A stretch of 62,985 nt of DNA, the filler included, from Phoronis australis (lineage: Eukaryota > Animalia > Phoronida): the NCBI GenBank assembly GCA_002633005.1. It is 5 parts of 5 records of this genome, joined end to end, with 100 filler letters (N's around TTAATTAATTAA, not from the genome) between each part and the next. Parts side by side here need not be neighbours in the genome. Positions count along the whole stretch, not along the records: positions 1 to 17,206 come from NMRA01000149.1; 4 more parts are not named here. One strand, written 5' to 3'. A model generated the notes under the pieces. It had not been told where the DNA came from. It was given only the letters and a program-made list of their open reading frames with translations, and did no database searches. Both the position numbers and the translations under genes were made by a program. Positions 1 through 13,390 of this stretch are shown here, one piece after another (the first letter of the stretch is position 1; the number at the start of each line of letters is the position of its first letter).

Positions 1-14
1 GTTGTTACTGCCTG

Positions 15-75
15 GTCTATTATTGCAAAGTCATTGAAAGAGTACTGCTCTTTCAATGACTTTGCAATAATAGAC
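15..75. repeat. Perfect 28-bp inverted repeat with 5-nt loop
   Basis: GTCTATTATTGCAAAGTCATTGAAAGAG (15-42), TACTG, then the exact reverse complement CTCTTTCAATGACTTTGCAATAATAGAC (48-75). Confidence 0.95.
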
Positions 76-175
76 AACAAAGGAGCTTAAAATTCGTGAG
101 GCTTTACATATCAGTTGGTGCAAGCCCAATCTCAATAGGCAAGTGACACACCACAGGTTGTCATTGTTGGTGTAG
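45..175 (+). mobile_element. Penelope-like retroelement remnant, C-terminus of GIY-YIG endonuclease
   Basis: Reads CSFNDFAIIDN, then after a small frame slip ELKIREALHISWCKPNLNRQVTHHRLSLLV*. This matches the F.I(I/L)D...LKI.EAL.I...KP.LN.Q tail of PLE GIY-YIG domains. A hammerhead motif follows and an inverted duplication precedes it. Confidence 0.75.
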
Positions 176-255
176 TTCATTGTCACTCCCTGTAACTGAC
201 TCTATCTGTGCTTCATTACTTGTTGCTGGGCCTAGCTAGGTGGCCACTGTATTAT

Positions 256-303
256 GACTTCTGAGGATGGTGTTTAATAAATGACACCGAAACATGTCAA
301 GTT
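256..303 (+). ncRNA. Minimal type I hammerhead ribozyme, Penelope-associated
   Basis: GACTT-CTGAGGA-T-GGTGTT...GACACC-GAAA-CATG-TC-AAGTT. Core boxes CUGANGA and GAAA, stem II GGTGTT/GACACC, palindromic ACATGT short stem III, GUC cleavage triplet, stem I GACTT/AAGTT. Confidence 0.75.
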
Positions 304-1185
304 TTAAAACCGTTGTTGTTTTCGTGAACATATGCTGTTACTTGCTATCATGGAGATATTCTAAAAGAGCGTTAACATGAAAAGTCCCCTATTTTTGGAA
401 AACAGATTCCTCTTCAAGGGAGACAATCTAGGGAACAAAGAACAAAAACAAGCTTGTCCTTTAAACAATAAATAAATGTGAACTACACCGAATGGAGAGT
501 GTTAGTTTCTATGCCGTTAGAAAAGTGACAACAACGTCAAAGTCCTCTGTTGCCCAGGTAATAACTTGATTACCTGTTTAAAAAAGCTATGAGTCAACGC
601 CGTCCTCTGTCATACACCACTGCGCATTCAATGGCTTTGTCTTCCAATATAATGCTCGTGTTGCCGATGTGAAGATGCAACGAAAGATGGGAAGGACGAT
701 GTTGTAACCAGAAAGAATGGTCATTTTCGTCATAATGGGATTTCAGAACGCGTTTTTGAGTGTCTATGTAGTTTCGCATGTCAAAAGCAGTAACTGTCAC
801 TTTACTTTAACATCACTAAAGATATTGATATGTAAATCTTACGTGACGTGATGTGGTCTACAAATGACGTGTAGGTCAGACATAAAAATGTTTGAGTACT
901 AAAGATGTACTGCTCACGAAAAAAACTAGAAATATTTTAAAATTTCAAAAAAAGAATAAATTCAGCTCCTAAGTATGGTTCAATTCTCACTCGACCCAAC
1001 TGTAGTATTGCCAAGAATGTCCGCTACTAAGATAGCCCTTTGGTCGTACCAATTTCTCGTACGTCGTTCGCATTTTGGGTCTGTCTTTCAAATCTGAATA
1101 ACCTTTTTTGCCCAGCGGCAGTCCGAGCACCAGATTGGATGACAAATCCTGAATCACGATACTTATCATTTTCACATTCTTTCAG

Positions 1186-4100
1186 GCATATTTAAAAATT
1201 ATAGTCAGTAAGTTGTACAGGACGATGGGACACTCCACTACTGGAACCCTTCCGGAAAGACTTCTCAAAAAACTGATTCTTAAATACGCCTGCCAAACAG
1301 GCGTGCCTGACGCTGTGTCGTATGCCAAGACTATGTTTGAATCGTGGATGAAGTATGACAACGTGTAAGTGAAGATTTAAGTTAAGATGTACTGGTTGAA
1401 TTTCATATGAACAACAGTTTGAGATAATTCTGACACACATACGTTATGGAGATTTTTGAAGTGCTGCAGTGCAACATGAAAAATCGCTAATATTCTGCAA
1501 AAATATGTAGAAAATAAATCTGAAACTAAATAAGGCGATCCAGATCCTTCCAAGGATATTATTGTTTCACGAAATGTAGAATATAAATAGGTAAATAAAA
1601 CAACAAGAATGGATCAACTATTTATATTTTGCAAAAGTATGTTAACGTTGTTGCAACGCATGTGCATTTGATTTCAGTGCAGGTTCTCATTGGGCAACGC
1701 ATCTAAAACAAGGCAACTGGGTTTGCTTATGACCGAAATGAATCGTGCATTTCAAAGTGAAGGGAAGTCCATTCGCCATTTTGGAAATAATTTCATCGAA
1801 GTTTTTCATAAAACTGAGCGAAAAAAAATGTTGTGCTGCAACTTTTCAAAATTATTGTCTTGTATGGCAACCCTGTGACGTTCTTGTGCAATGGTGTTCA
1901 TTTTACTGACCACGTGATTGAATCTTTGGTGTCAATATCTTCTGGAATTCTTTTTCTGTGTCCTGTCAATCATCGTTACGTACATGTGCGACTGACTAAT
2001 AACTGTGACACTGTTGTATGTCATTTCATTCTGCCTTCGTCGTGTTTTCTATCAGGACCAGGTATGTTCAGTGTTTGTCTAAGTAATGCTGTTGTTTTCT
2101 GAATTTTGCTATTGTTTTGTATGTCTCAATAGTCGAAACATCGGTGAAAAGAGGTGAGCTTTTTACAACAGATACCCACCTTGCCTGAAGAAATAGACAA
2201 TTTAGTTCCTTTTTCGAGAGTACCAAAGAATGAAAAATCTCTCCTGTGACATAGCCACAGTAGCATGCTAAATTAACTGTAAATATGGTGATATTAATGT
2301 AAAGTAGGTCAATACTTTGCCTGTTGGTTTTTACTCAAAAGTGAATGTTATTCCGTTTCGAACCTTTTCCTCCCCCAAAAAAACTTTTGTCTGACATCTG
2401 CTGTCTTCCGTGGTCCAGTGTTTATGCATGTGTTGTCAGTTATTTGAAGTTCGGTTATCCTGCGGAGCGTTGCCTTGTTGAAAACGCACTATATCAGCTG
2501 TTTACGCCCATTTATGGAGTTGGCAAGTTGGCTGGTAGGCCTACCCGCTGCAGATGCAGTAGATTATGAGTCTACCGCGGGTACCAGAGTAACTCATAAG
2601 CTAATAGCCACTCACCCATAGACAAGTGTCGTTCTCCCCTGTTTGACTGTGGTCGATTCAGCTGATCGTAGTCTACGTCACAACCCGACACTATCCCAAT
2701 CTACGGCGTTCAGAGGAGTGCATTTTTGACTGTTCCGATGTGTTATTGACAAACTGTGTGCTACATTTAACCACTGCCACCCGTCAGGGTGTTCCATCGC
2801 AACAGCAATCCCGGTGTAAAACAGATACCCCGGAGTAAAAAACAGATTCCCGCACCTTCAAAACAGCTAACCAGCCCGGATAACGCGAACCCCGACCTTT
2901 AAAACAAGAACCCGGGGATCGTACAGGAAACCCGGACAATTTTCTCAAATTTTGTGAGACCGTTGTCAGTAGACTCAAACTGTGAGTTAAAGCATCTTTA
3001 AAGTACTTTCCAGTTGCTTTCTGAATTTCTTTGTTAGAAATAGTCAATAAAAAACGTAACTTATATTATATTGACTATGTTAATTGATTTTTATCGAATA
3101 GCTGGTAAAAAACCACCCAATAAGTGACGCAATATTTCATGGCACCAAAAGCCGACGCAAAAGATCACACTGCAAATGAAGCAACAGAATAATGAAGAAC
3201 GCCAATCCGTCATAACTTGTCTCGGAAATTCTCATATAGTAAAGCAACACACCACAATAACTACGTAGCTATTTTGAATGTATGAGAATGCATGTCGTAC
3301 TTTAAAGTGAGATAGGCGAGCGTGCACAAGTTGGGCCTACCCTAGGGTAGGAAGTGGGGTGTTTATTTGAGTGAAGGTAGAGTAAAAGATGATAATGGCA
3401 TTATCTGCGGATTTGAAAGTTCAACGGCTCTGACCCGGCTAGATTACCTACCTTATTCCCAGTACTTCTACTTTTCTAACACATATAGTTACAGTTCCTT
3501 CTATGTGACCAAAAATATTTATCCGCCCGTTCTGTCCCTGTTCTAACGTACCAACAATGCATGATCCTTCTTGCATGCGGAACAATAATAGGACCCTTTC
3601 ACAAAGCAATAGGTCGCCTCAAAGTCACCGTTCCGATGTCTAATCCCTACTGTCACACTAATTCACTACTTGCTCGCTTTGGAGGCGCTGCAAAAAGGAT
3701 TGCCGTGCAATGTTGTATACTGAGAAAACAGTGCCGCACTTTCCACCCGCCCTGTAGTCATGTCTGGGAGTAGCGGGTTGTTCTGCCTTGATTAATTTTG
3801 GAGTGTACTGTGCTTCTTCTTCTCGGTAGATGGCGTACCGCGTAACACTTCAGACTGCGTTTGAATATCACATAAAGGCGCACTGGAAAAAAAGTAATTT
3901 GTCTCTTCGGTATCTTGAGGTGGCCACTAGAATGAAGTGTTCCACGATGTCACGCACCGTTACTTCGTGAAAGTCTATCACTGTCATAACTCTGTATTGA
4001 AATATTTGTCGACGCAACAAGAAAACGTTTCACCCACCTGTACATGTATATTGTTTCTATAATTCCAAATGTTCTAGATGTGATGACATGGCTTGGTTCC

Positions 4101-7100
4101 TTAAATCTAGTCCTGCTTCCTCTGCTGTCGAAATGTGCGAGTTTCACTATTAATATAGACAATCCAATATACAATGAATCATTGTGTACGATTTCATCCA
4201 CAAGTACATTATACACGACATTTTTCTCCACAATAGCACTGCCATGTTAGTCTAATCGTTTTCATATGTTGCGAATGGTAAGCTCAGCTTTTCAAAGCTT
4301 CCCAAGTCCGGCCAGACTGATCATTTTCAAGCCCAATAGAACGTCTGAAAGTTCAAAGTGTTGGTGCTATTTGCCAATTTTTTCCGTTGTGGGCCATGCA
4401 TTTTTTATTCAAGTTCACGTGAAATCAGACATAGACAGTCGCGTAGGCTTACTTAGCTTATTCACCATTTTGCTTCCCTCCCCTACTATTACATGACGTC
4501 ACACATCAACCACAGCGCTCTTAGCTTATTCACCTGTGGGGTACAGTTCAATAGCTGTCTCGTGGCAAGAAAAAAATCTAGCCAAAGTCACGTCCTTTCA
4601 TTGAAAGTACACTGTTTGTAATATCTCGCTTAATATCGCGAAGACTCGCTTTTTAGCGAGGTACTAGCGAGATCCCAGGCTTATTGAACTCTGCCCTGTT
4701 TCACCCGCTTCTCACTTATGTATGCAACATTTCGCGCTCAGGGTGTGAGCTCGTTCGTCCGCTAGTTGGGGTACATTTACTGACACGGGGGGCCGCATTA
4801 CAAGTGATTTTGAGCTGCGATAAGCGCTGAGCATGCGCGCACCCAGCCTAAAATATAGGGGGGCTCGAATTTTTCGATATGTGGACCTTTTACAGAAAAA
4901 AAAAACTTAACGAGGACTAAAAAAAACGGGGCCAATAGGTTCAGCCTACGAATTGTGCATACGCGCCGAATTCCTGTGGACTTTGTGGACCTTTTGTCTC
5001 GTTCACTCGGACTTTTTGTTTCGCTGAGGCGGACCTTTTTGCCCAATTCGCCAAATTGGGGGGCTCGGACCCTCCCCCTTGGGTACGCCCATGCTGAGTG
5101 AAATGTACCTGAACATTCGGTTATTTCAGGTTCTGCATTTTTATCATTTAATTAACAAAGGAGCACCAGCATTTCAATTGATCTACCCTTGTGAAGTGCT
5201 TGAGGGAAATGATTTCATTGGTTCACTGCTGTTTCAGTTCTTTAACATCGAGAAAACAAAAATAGTTCTACTTCTGAACGTAGTTTCAGTGCTTGTAAGC
5301 GCAGGTCTAGCACACGATAGATATTATTGAGCGGGACGTCTCAGAGGAAGAGATTGTAAGTCACCAAATATTTCAACTGTGGTAACTACGCATCACGTGA
5401 CCTTTTACTCATGCATCCCAATGGTTTTACAGTGTTCCACCCGACTATGCATTGATCATCTATTCCATGGGTATCCGTGAAGGTGGAGTGGCAGAATGGG
5501 ACTTTTTATGGAACAAATACAGTGAGTCCAACATAGCGACGGAAAAGGAAACCATGATGGAAGCGCTTGCGCAGTCAAAGGAGCCTTGGCTTCTGAGAAG
5601 GTAACCTTAAGTGTGGATTCCAGATAAGGAATACGTGTTCATGCAAAATCTTTAAAGTAAGTGAAGTTATCGGTTTCTCTCTAGGAGCGGGTTTCTCTCT
5701 AGGAGCCCTCTAGCATATTGATTTGTCGTAAACTATAAGCGAAGTTCACTACTGCAACAGGTGTTTCACCGCCCCAACCATGTTCTCTTAATCCTTGTCT
5801 TCACACCCTGATTTTTCGTATACGACTTCGTAAACGACTGTTACATACAACAAAGCACAGTGTGTACACAAGTGTCCGGGCACGACTTTTCTACTTGAAA
5901 AGTTGTATGCGACAAATGGAGTGTGCAGTGGTCCAAAGGTTGTTTATCAAGTGGTATGCGAATATCGGAGTGTATGGATAAGGCTTTAAGCAGAGTGGGC
6001 CATAATATTCAACGCTTTAAAATGTGATTCTTCAACATTACTCTAGAATGTAGAGCCGTCAAGCACGACTATGTTTTCCACAACACTATATTTGAATGTG
6101 TTTGAGATGTCAGCTAAGCCTCTCTTGGGATGACATTGAATTTTAACTTGTCCCAATCTCTTCACATTGACAGCATTGTGAAGAAATTAAATATGACAAA
6201 CTTCACGAGGAGGAGCCTCTAACTAAGCGCACCCTCTCTTAAAGCTATATCCTACAACATCCTGGTCAGGTCACAGTTGTAATACATTCCATCTACATTG
6301 TTCATCGTACATGGTCTTCTTACGCTCACAAGGACGTCTACAAACTGGAAATGGCTCAAGTCCTACACGTATTGACATTTATGCCATATTTCTTTATTTT
6401 TCGGTATCTTGATGTTTGTTCTCAGCCCTGTCCCTGTCAATCATCACTCCATTCAGTGCACCGTCCATGTCATCTGGTGCAGAATTAACGGAGTCTTCGG
6501 CAGACACGACAGGGACATTTATTCTTAAATTATCAATTTAGCTACTAAAAGTCGTGTACCTACGGGCGTATATTTGAAGTCACAAATATATGCTCAGGCG
6601 TAGTAGTGTAGCCGGCGCTCAAATTGAAATCTAGGGAGTCAATTCATTACTCATCGATGTCTGCCGTTGAAAACTTACTATGATTACGGGTTTGGTGTCT
6701 ATTTTCTATGAAACTGGTGAACGTTTTAGGATTCAACAACGTCCTTGTACATTTGATCCAACTAAACGCCCTGGGCGTATATACAGATATTTCTCCTTAG
6801 ATACGCCTACTAGGCGTATCGAAAGATGAGTCCTTCTTCAAAAAACTGTGGAAATAGTCACCCTCGTCCAAATGATAGAAGTTGTCACTTATTTCACCAC
6901 CACGATAAGTGTACATTTTCGTTGTACCCTTTTCGTATTTTGGAGTGCGCTTTTTCTTGCCCTGTTATACGTGAGCCATCTTAAAGATTTGCTTTGCCCT
7001 TCAGATACATTCGACGAACGTTTGAACCTAACCTCATTCGGTTCCAAGATGCGCCTCTGGTATTTAAATACCTTGTAAAGAACCCCCTTGGACGATACAT

Positions 7101-10100
7101 CGCTTTACAGTTTATGAAAGAACACTGGGCGTTCATAAACTCTCAGTAAGTATTTTACAGACCTTTCTTGTCGCTTTTCAGAGACTGTAATTCTTTTATA
7201 TATAATAGATGCATGATCACCAACATGTTTCCCACGCTTTTGCTTTCTAACTAATATTTGACAAGAAATCAGTTCCAAACTATACAAATCAAACTTACTC
7301 TATATGTGCGGATGAAATTTCTCCCAAATTACAAAAATGATGCTTTTAGGGTCATTGATATGCGTTTAAAGCCCATTACTAGTATGTTTTGGATTAGCTT
7401 GACAATTTGTCTTGAGATATTAGTGACCAGTGTTCACACATCACCAAATAAATGTGCTGGCCCGCCGGACCAGTTCGTCTGAAAATTTACTGGCTCAGGT
7501 GCCAAGTTAACTTTTAAAAGTTACTGATCCGGCCGCAAATCCACTGGCCCCGGGACACCGGACCAGAGTGTATTTCGAACGCTGTTAATGACACTAAAAG
7601 TGACGTGTGTGAACGTGTTCCAGCGGTAGCATAATCATATGCTGGACGTATGAGCCACACGGCGTTGAAAGGCGTCGATTACCTCGGTGTAATTCAACGT
7701 ATGCAGGCGTGCTTGACGTATTCGTAACGTATACGAACTATACTTCTAACTTTTTTGACATGTGCCAACGTATTCGTCTATTTTCCATATGTCCAGATTG
7801 GCAAGTTATGACCGTTGTTATATATTACTTGTGTAATTACGAGGGGATACAACGTAATCATGCCTCCCTTTACATTGAAAAGAAGCTCCACAATCGAAAC
7901 TAATTTAAATTTTGCGTTTGGATCCCCTATCCATTGTAAAGTTCCCCCAGGTAGCCACTGATTCCAGCCTCCCTCCCGGTCGCCAGCAATTCGCTTTTGC
8001 ACCCCCCTCCCCGTTGAATATTTCTGGTTGAGCCAATGAGTTACGTGTTCCGACCTTGTGCATGTTATCCGGTAATTAAGATGTATTCTGGGAAATTTAA
8101 AATTGTTATTTTGGCTATACTAGATTTGATTACAAATTGTACGAGATTCATGCTACGCAGATCTTTTCTGGTATGAAATTGTATCACATTAACCAATGTT
8201 CTATGACGGCCATAGCTACAGTACCACCGCGCATGCGTCCTTTGATTAAGCGGCCCTTATCGTATTTTTCATGTCACTGGAATAGTGCCATATAAATACA
8301 AGTTACATATTATTTTTAAACGATACATCGATTAAAGGCAATGCGAACTTCAAAACAAATTGATCATATGCAACAAAGAAAAGGTACCGAAGGATGGTGT
8401 CTAGAGAATTTCCGTCTAACGCTACGTCGCATTCCGTGTTCCGAAAATGCGCCATCCAGTGCGCGGTTGCAAGAAACAGTCCCAAACAGGAACTCAGCTA
8501 ACTGCCCTAAATCTTTTGCGAATTTCTTTAAATCTTCACTCACAGATAAAATATTTTTTCATTGAACTCCTCTTTGACTAATTACATTTTCGAATAATAT
8601 AACTAAAAAAGTAACGATGTCAACATTTGAGACTCCTCTTCCACAAAATACTTAGGTGCAAAGTCTAAGTTTTTGCATTCACTCGCAATAATGTCATGGT
8701 ACAATTATAACACATGAACAATGTTTTGGTATTTCTAGCCCATATCAAACTAAAGTCGAACATGTTCACTCCTGTAGCTATCATCTACATGTGTTCATTG
8801 TTTTCAAAAGCGTTTTCAGGTTATGTAGGCACCATTCAAGCGAACTCAGCATTTGACAGAGAGCGCAAAAAATATGCGAGGGAATACAATATATTTACCA
8901 TGGAACGCATGCGACGGAAAGAAAAATGTCTGTGAGGGAACGCAATAGTGCCCTCCGTAATTCTTTTAATAATGCAGTCCTTATTCCATAAACCGCACAA
9001 GTTTCTGTTGTGTTCCAAAGGATTTTGATTGGTGTCAAACACGTGCAAGTACTGCCTCCTGCCAGCCGTGAAAGGAACTGCGGTTTATAATAACTGAGTC
9101 CGTGACAACGTTGCAATTTACGAGTAAAGAACTACAGCTTAAAGAAAAGAATTGCGCTAATGAGAAAATGGTGATTTTAATGAGAACGTCCTTGCTTTTC
9201 GTGAGGGAAGGTTTTCCACTATGAAATTTTAAACCACGAAAGTATGTGCAAGTTATTTAGCTCTTTCTTTTAACCCTAGCAAATTTGTCATTACGAGGTA
9301 TGCATGAATGTTATTGTTTTTCAGCTTCGGTCAAGACATGTTTACAGTCAGGGAGATTATTTTTCAAATCTCGTCGAGGCTTACCTCAGAGTACGATTTG
9401 AACGAGTTGAAAGCGCTTTACAAACGAGAACCTCCTTCTGGCGGTGCGGAACGAGACGCTAAGAATGGATTAGCATTGATCAGGTAAGGTGTTGCCTGAA
9501 TGAGTACCTTCATTAAAGAGAACTATAAAAGTCATAATTTGATTTTGAAAATTAAAAAGACAATTAAACTCTCTGTTTACTCCAATGAAATAGTTCGATA
9601 TGGTACACTTTGCTGACAAGTGGCTGATTCCGTTTCAGTTTGGAGCGGAGTTTTCTTGACTTATAAAGTTGGAGAAAATGTTCACTGGGACTGATTACAT
9701 TCTGAAATAGTATTTTCATGTTTCACAACGCCAAACTTGAGTGACGAGAATAATTCGGTGTATCAGCGTTTTCTGGAGAGCGTTCCTTAAACCAAATTTC
9801 TTGCGAGAAAAGTATTGTTGGAGACAAATAAAACAACCACAATAATATATATTTTAGGTTGTATTGGGAATTTCAGGGTCACAGCTCTACAAATGAATAT
9901 TTCACAGAAGGAACCAGATGGGTTCCTTAATTACAAGAGATAACACACACATTTAAGAAACCCAATGTGTAATTGAGTATGGATACTAAGTGGCACAGGT
10001 TAGCATAGTACCAAATGGGTACATAATACCAAATGGGTATTGGCCGATTGCCTACCACGTGGGTCGAGCAAAACGGCAAATTCAATAACAAGTACCAAAT

Positions 10101-13100
10101 GGGTACAAACTGCCAAATGGGCAAATATCATATAAAGTACCAAGTGGGTACACCAAACAGCCAACTGGGCTATAACAACCTGCAAAGCAGGGTTCCGGAC
10201 AAGCTGAGTGAACAGACCAGCCGGAGTGATAAAAAGAGACATTGTAAGAAACGTGGTGTACTGTGACTCAGTATGTGCCACATGGGCAGGGTTGTTCATG
10301 GTTGAACAATCCTTTCCACCGCCACAACCCAAATATTATCTTCCAAGACCTCGCAAAATCACGCGAGTACGCACGTGAGCTTTCTAGTCTTTTCTAACAA
10401 AATAGTGGTAAATGAAGTGCTTTATCGTCGAGTTTGGAATGTTGAAGAATGAAATTGATTTCATTGTATCCTTCCATAACCGACGATTTTGCGCTGCTAG
10501 GACAAGCTAATGTATTGGATCAACACAACGCAGCCCAGTTCTTTCGAAAGACATAACTGACTCAAAGGACTTCAGTTGTGTCTATACGTGCGCTCTTGTA
10601 GGCCTTTATATGTTATCACGTATACCAATGTTGACCCTGAAAATCATATTATGTCAATTGGGGGCGGTGTGGAGCGTAATTTGACCAACTTCTTTAAACA
10701 ATTTGAAACTTGTGTTCAGATTGGACGGGGACGTGCAAGCAGACGCATCTCATTTTTCTGGAATATTACCTTTGCTAAAAGCTTTTTTTTTTTGGTCAAT
10801 TTGGCATGTTTCACATACTGTAAAGGTGGCGTAAATGTATTCTGCTGATTTCATGAAAAATGATATGATTTATAATTATAGCAGTAATGTAAACCTGAGG
10901 TGGTGACGCACTGACCAAGCTAGAAAAACATCAACCGATCCCAGTAAATGCGTATTCTTCCACTATTCACCCCAGAATTTTCAGTTCTGATGACTGGGCG
11001 CCCTGGCTGAGAAGCTTGCAGGTTTTCAGTCCCCAGCTTCACCAAACTATAGTTTGCCTTTGACTTGAGCAATGATGCCAGAAAGAGACAATAAAAACAA
11101 AAGAAAACTCACACCCCTAAGATGTGCTCGAAGCAATTTTCGCAGTGGTCTCGGTCCGATGCTTTACCAGTAGATCTGACAGACAGCCGCTATTTTAAGC
11201 GCAAATAAGCGATGCGCTTTACATAGCTCTGGTCATGTCATAGCTAATAACATCAAGAAGTCTATCCTACCCAAACTGGCTTATCCGCCTTTAAAGTACA
11301 TCCTCGGCGAGAAGAGTAATTTTACGGATCGGGAAATTTGCTTCAGCACGCATTCGGTTACTAATTTCTCAGCAGCAGTAAAACGCTCTACCTCTGAGTT
11401 AATCTCAGCGTGTTAAACAGCGCTGTCTATTAAACGTGTTTAAAGGATGTAGACACCGGTCTTGATTTTAACGACTGTTTGACCAGACAACGACGAGAAT
11501 GTGCAATGTGTATAAAATCACAAAAAACACAACGGCTTTTTGTTTATATAGCTCTAGTCAATGTTAATAATTTCAATAATTCTCTCTTGAGCTCTGGTAA
11601 ATGTTAATAATTGCAACAATTCTCTCCAATTTCACAATAATCCCAAAATTGTGTTTTTCGGCCACAAAAGCTTGAATTTCATGCCGCTTTAAGGAATAGG
11701 GTAAATCCACACCTTTATCAAAACTCTCACGTTTGGAATACTTTTATTGTCCAACTGTATCTCTCTTTGCCCAACTAAATCGACAATTGTTGTAGGTTAT
11801 CACACTTGCGACACCTCAGAAGTTATTCATCTTAGCTTGACGAGTTTTTACAAATTAGCGCATCAAGTCGTCTGCGCAACGGAATATTGAAGTCCGGACT
11901 GCATCGATTAACTAACAAGTCGTCAGATGTCAGTCTAACTAGCATCATGAACCAATCGGAGTGTTGAATATGATAACGTGACGTTGTCTACATCACATGA
12001 GTGTGCTATAAACGACTTGTATATGTAGGTACTGATCGGTGTGAGTGTCGTTGGAATTCAATGGAGACTGGCGAGAAGGTGTCAGCGGAAACTACGTTAA
12101 TCCGACAGCCGATATTGCGGTCGATTAACTGGGAGAATAGAGTTCCATTTCCAAAACAGCCAAAATCCTAGAAAAATACTTCCGGTGTATTCGCGCATTC
12201 CAGAGGTCTCACAAATTTTATTCTGAATTAGTTTTTAATTGCGCGTGCTGCAAGTTTTCACGGAAATCTGAAACTTCTTCCCTCGTCTTTTGTCGCGTGG
12301 CCGAAGAAGGCCCCTCTGGCTTCGGCACACCACATCTTCACCCTCAAGGGCAAATATGAAAGTTTAAAGCTGCATTTCGCGGAAAAACGAAAATCGTTTC
12401 ACTCTCATAATATTCCTTGCCGTGATGAGATTCCATTTCCGGTACCAACACCAGTTCACAGGAAATGTGCACATGCTACATTTTGTATAGTTAGTAACTT
12501 TAGGGTTGACCAATCTCAGTATTTTTTAATATTTTCCTTGAGTAGTTGATGGTTTCGTTGGACTTGCTGTTAACGGAAATTAAATTCTATCACTGCAAAG
12601 AGATATTATGAGACCGATTATATGAGATTAAAAGACGTAATTCGATTATCGTTTTTAGTCAGATGAACTAGCCGAAGTGCAGCTTTAAAAGAAGTGACTT
12701 AATATTCGCTGGTCAGTCGTCGTCCTTGAATTTGTAATTAAGGCTTATAAATCAAAACTATCTAAAATAGCCCTGGACTTTGTTAAGATTCACTTGATTA
12801 CTTTCGGCTATTGTCTTTGATTTTCTAAGGCTGGGTCCAGTGATTTTCAGTTTAGCTACCGGTCAATTACCTATGCACAGCCAATACCTTGTTCGACTCA
12901 TTACGATTCCTTTTGCGTTAGCCTAGAATAAAGAGTCAAACGCGACCTAGCAAAATTCCCATGTCGCCAAATTGGAAATGAGCCCACCAGCAAGAAAATC
13001 CCCGTATGCAGCGGTGCAAAAGTCCTTTAAGAAACAGGTGGGTTTTACGTGCCAACATTCGGAAATGAAAAAACGAAACATCTGAATTGAAAAGGCGGGG

Positions 13101-13390
13101 GACATCTGGAAATCTGTACCTGTGCCACAGCGCAAGGGTCAAATGCCCACCGCTACACCCGAAGACGCCTTCGTAGTCACTCACTCGACACTCAACGTCG
13201 AAAAACGATCGCATGCAATTAATGTAAATGCACGAACTTACTTCCGTTGTACATCAAACTTTATTTCGGATGTTGACCTTAAATTATTTCTGGTTGTTGT
13301 CTTTGCAGATCAAACATTGACTGGATAAAAAGAAATAGTCATACGATTGAACGATGGTTGGCAGACTATTTAGAGTTGGACATCGTTTGA
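1186..13390 (+). CDS. M1-family aminopeptidase (aminopeptidase N/A-like), last five exons (ERAP1-like C-terminal domain); 5' part outside window
   Basis: Phase-consistent AG/GT exons: 1186-1364 (AYLKIIVSKLYRTMG...LILKYACQTG...FESWM), 5433-5600 (VPPDYALIIYSMGIREGGVAEWDFLWNKY...EALAQSKEPWLLR), 7005-7145 (YIRRTFEPNLIRFQDA...NPLGRYIALQFMKEHW), 9325-9483 (FGQDMF...ELKALY...GLALIR), 13309-13390 (SNIDWIKRNSHTIERWL...*). Confidence 0.93.
1505..1619 (+). repeat. Dispersed ~115-bp repeat, copy 1
   Basis: ATGTAGAAAATAAATCTGAAACTAAATAAGGCGATCC...AAGAATGGATCAACT recurs almost identically at 14651-14765 and 14901-15000. Confidence 0.9.
4832..5093. mobile_element. Non-autonomous DNA transposon (MITE), CATG termini, 5-bp TSD
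   Basis: Termini CATGCGCGCACCCA / TGGGTACGCCCATG, flanked by direct CTGAG at 4827-4831 and 5094-5098. Confidence 0.75.
7428..7584. mobile_element. hAT-type MITE
   Basis: Termini CAGTGTTC / GAACGCTG with 8-bp flanks TTAGTGAC and TTAATGAC (one mismatch). CAG termini and 8-bp TSDs are typical of hAT. Confidence 0.7.
10008..10160 (+). repeat. Cluster of TACCAAATGGGTA motifs
   Basis: About five copies or variants of (G)TACCAAATGGGTA within 150 bp; probably subterminal repeats of a transposon. Confidence 0.65.

Noticed and set aside
3950-4231. GIY-YIG-like words NVVY...YIG...RTRFKE in a minus-strand ORF
   Set aside because: The spacings are too long, the usual CxxC is missing, and there is no flanking PLE evidence; probably chance.
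5672-5707. Short tandem duplications (GGTTTCTCTCTAGGAGC x2; also ~11551-11615 and ~29992-30050)
   Set aside because: Ordinary slippage or repair duplications with no further structure.
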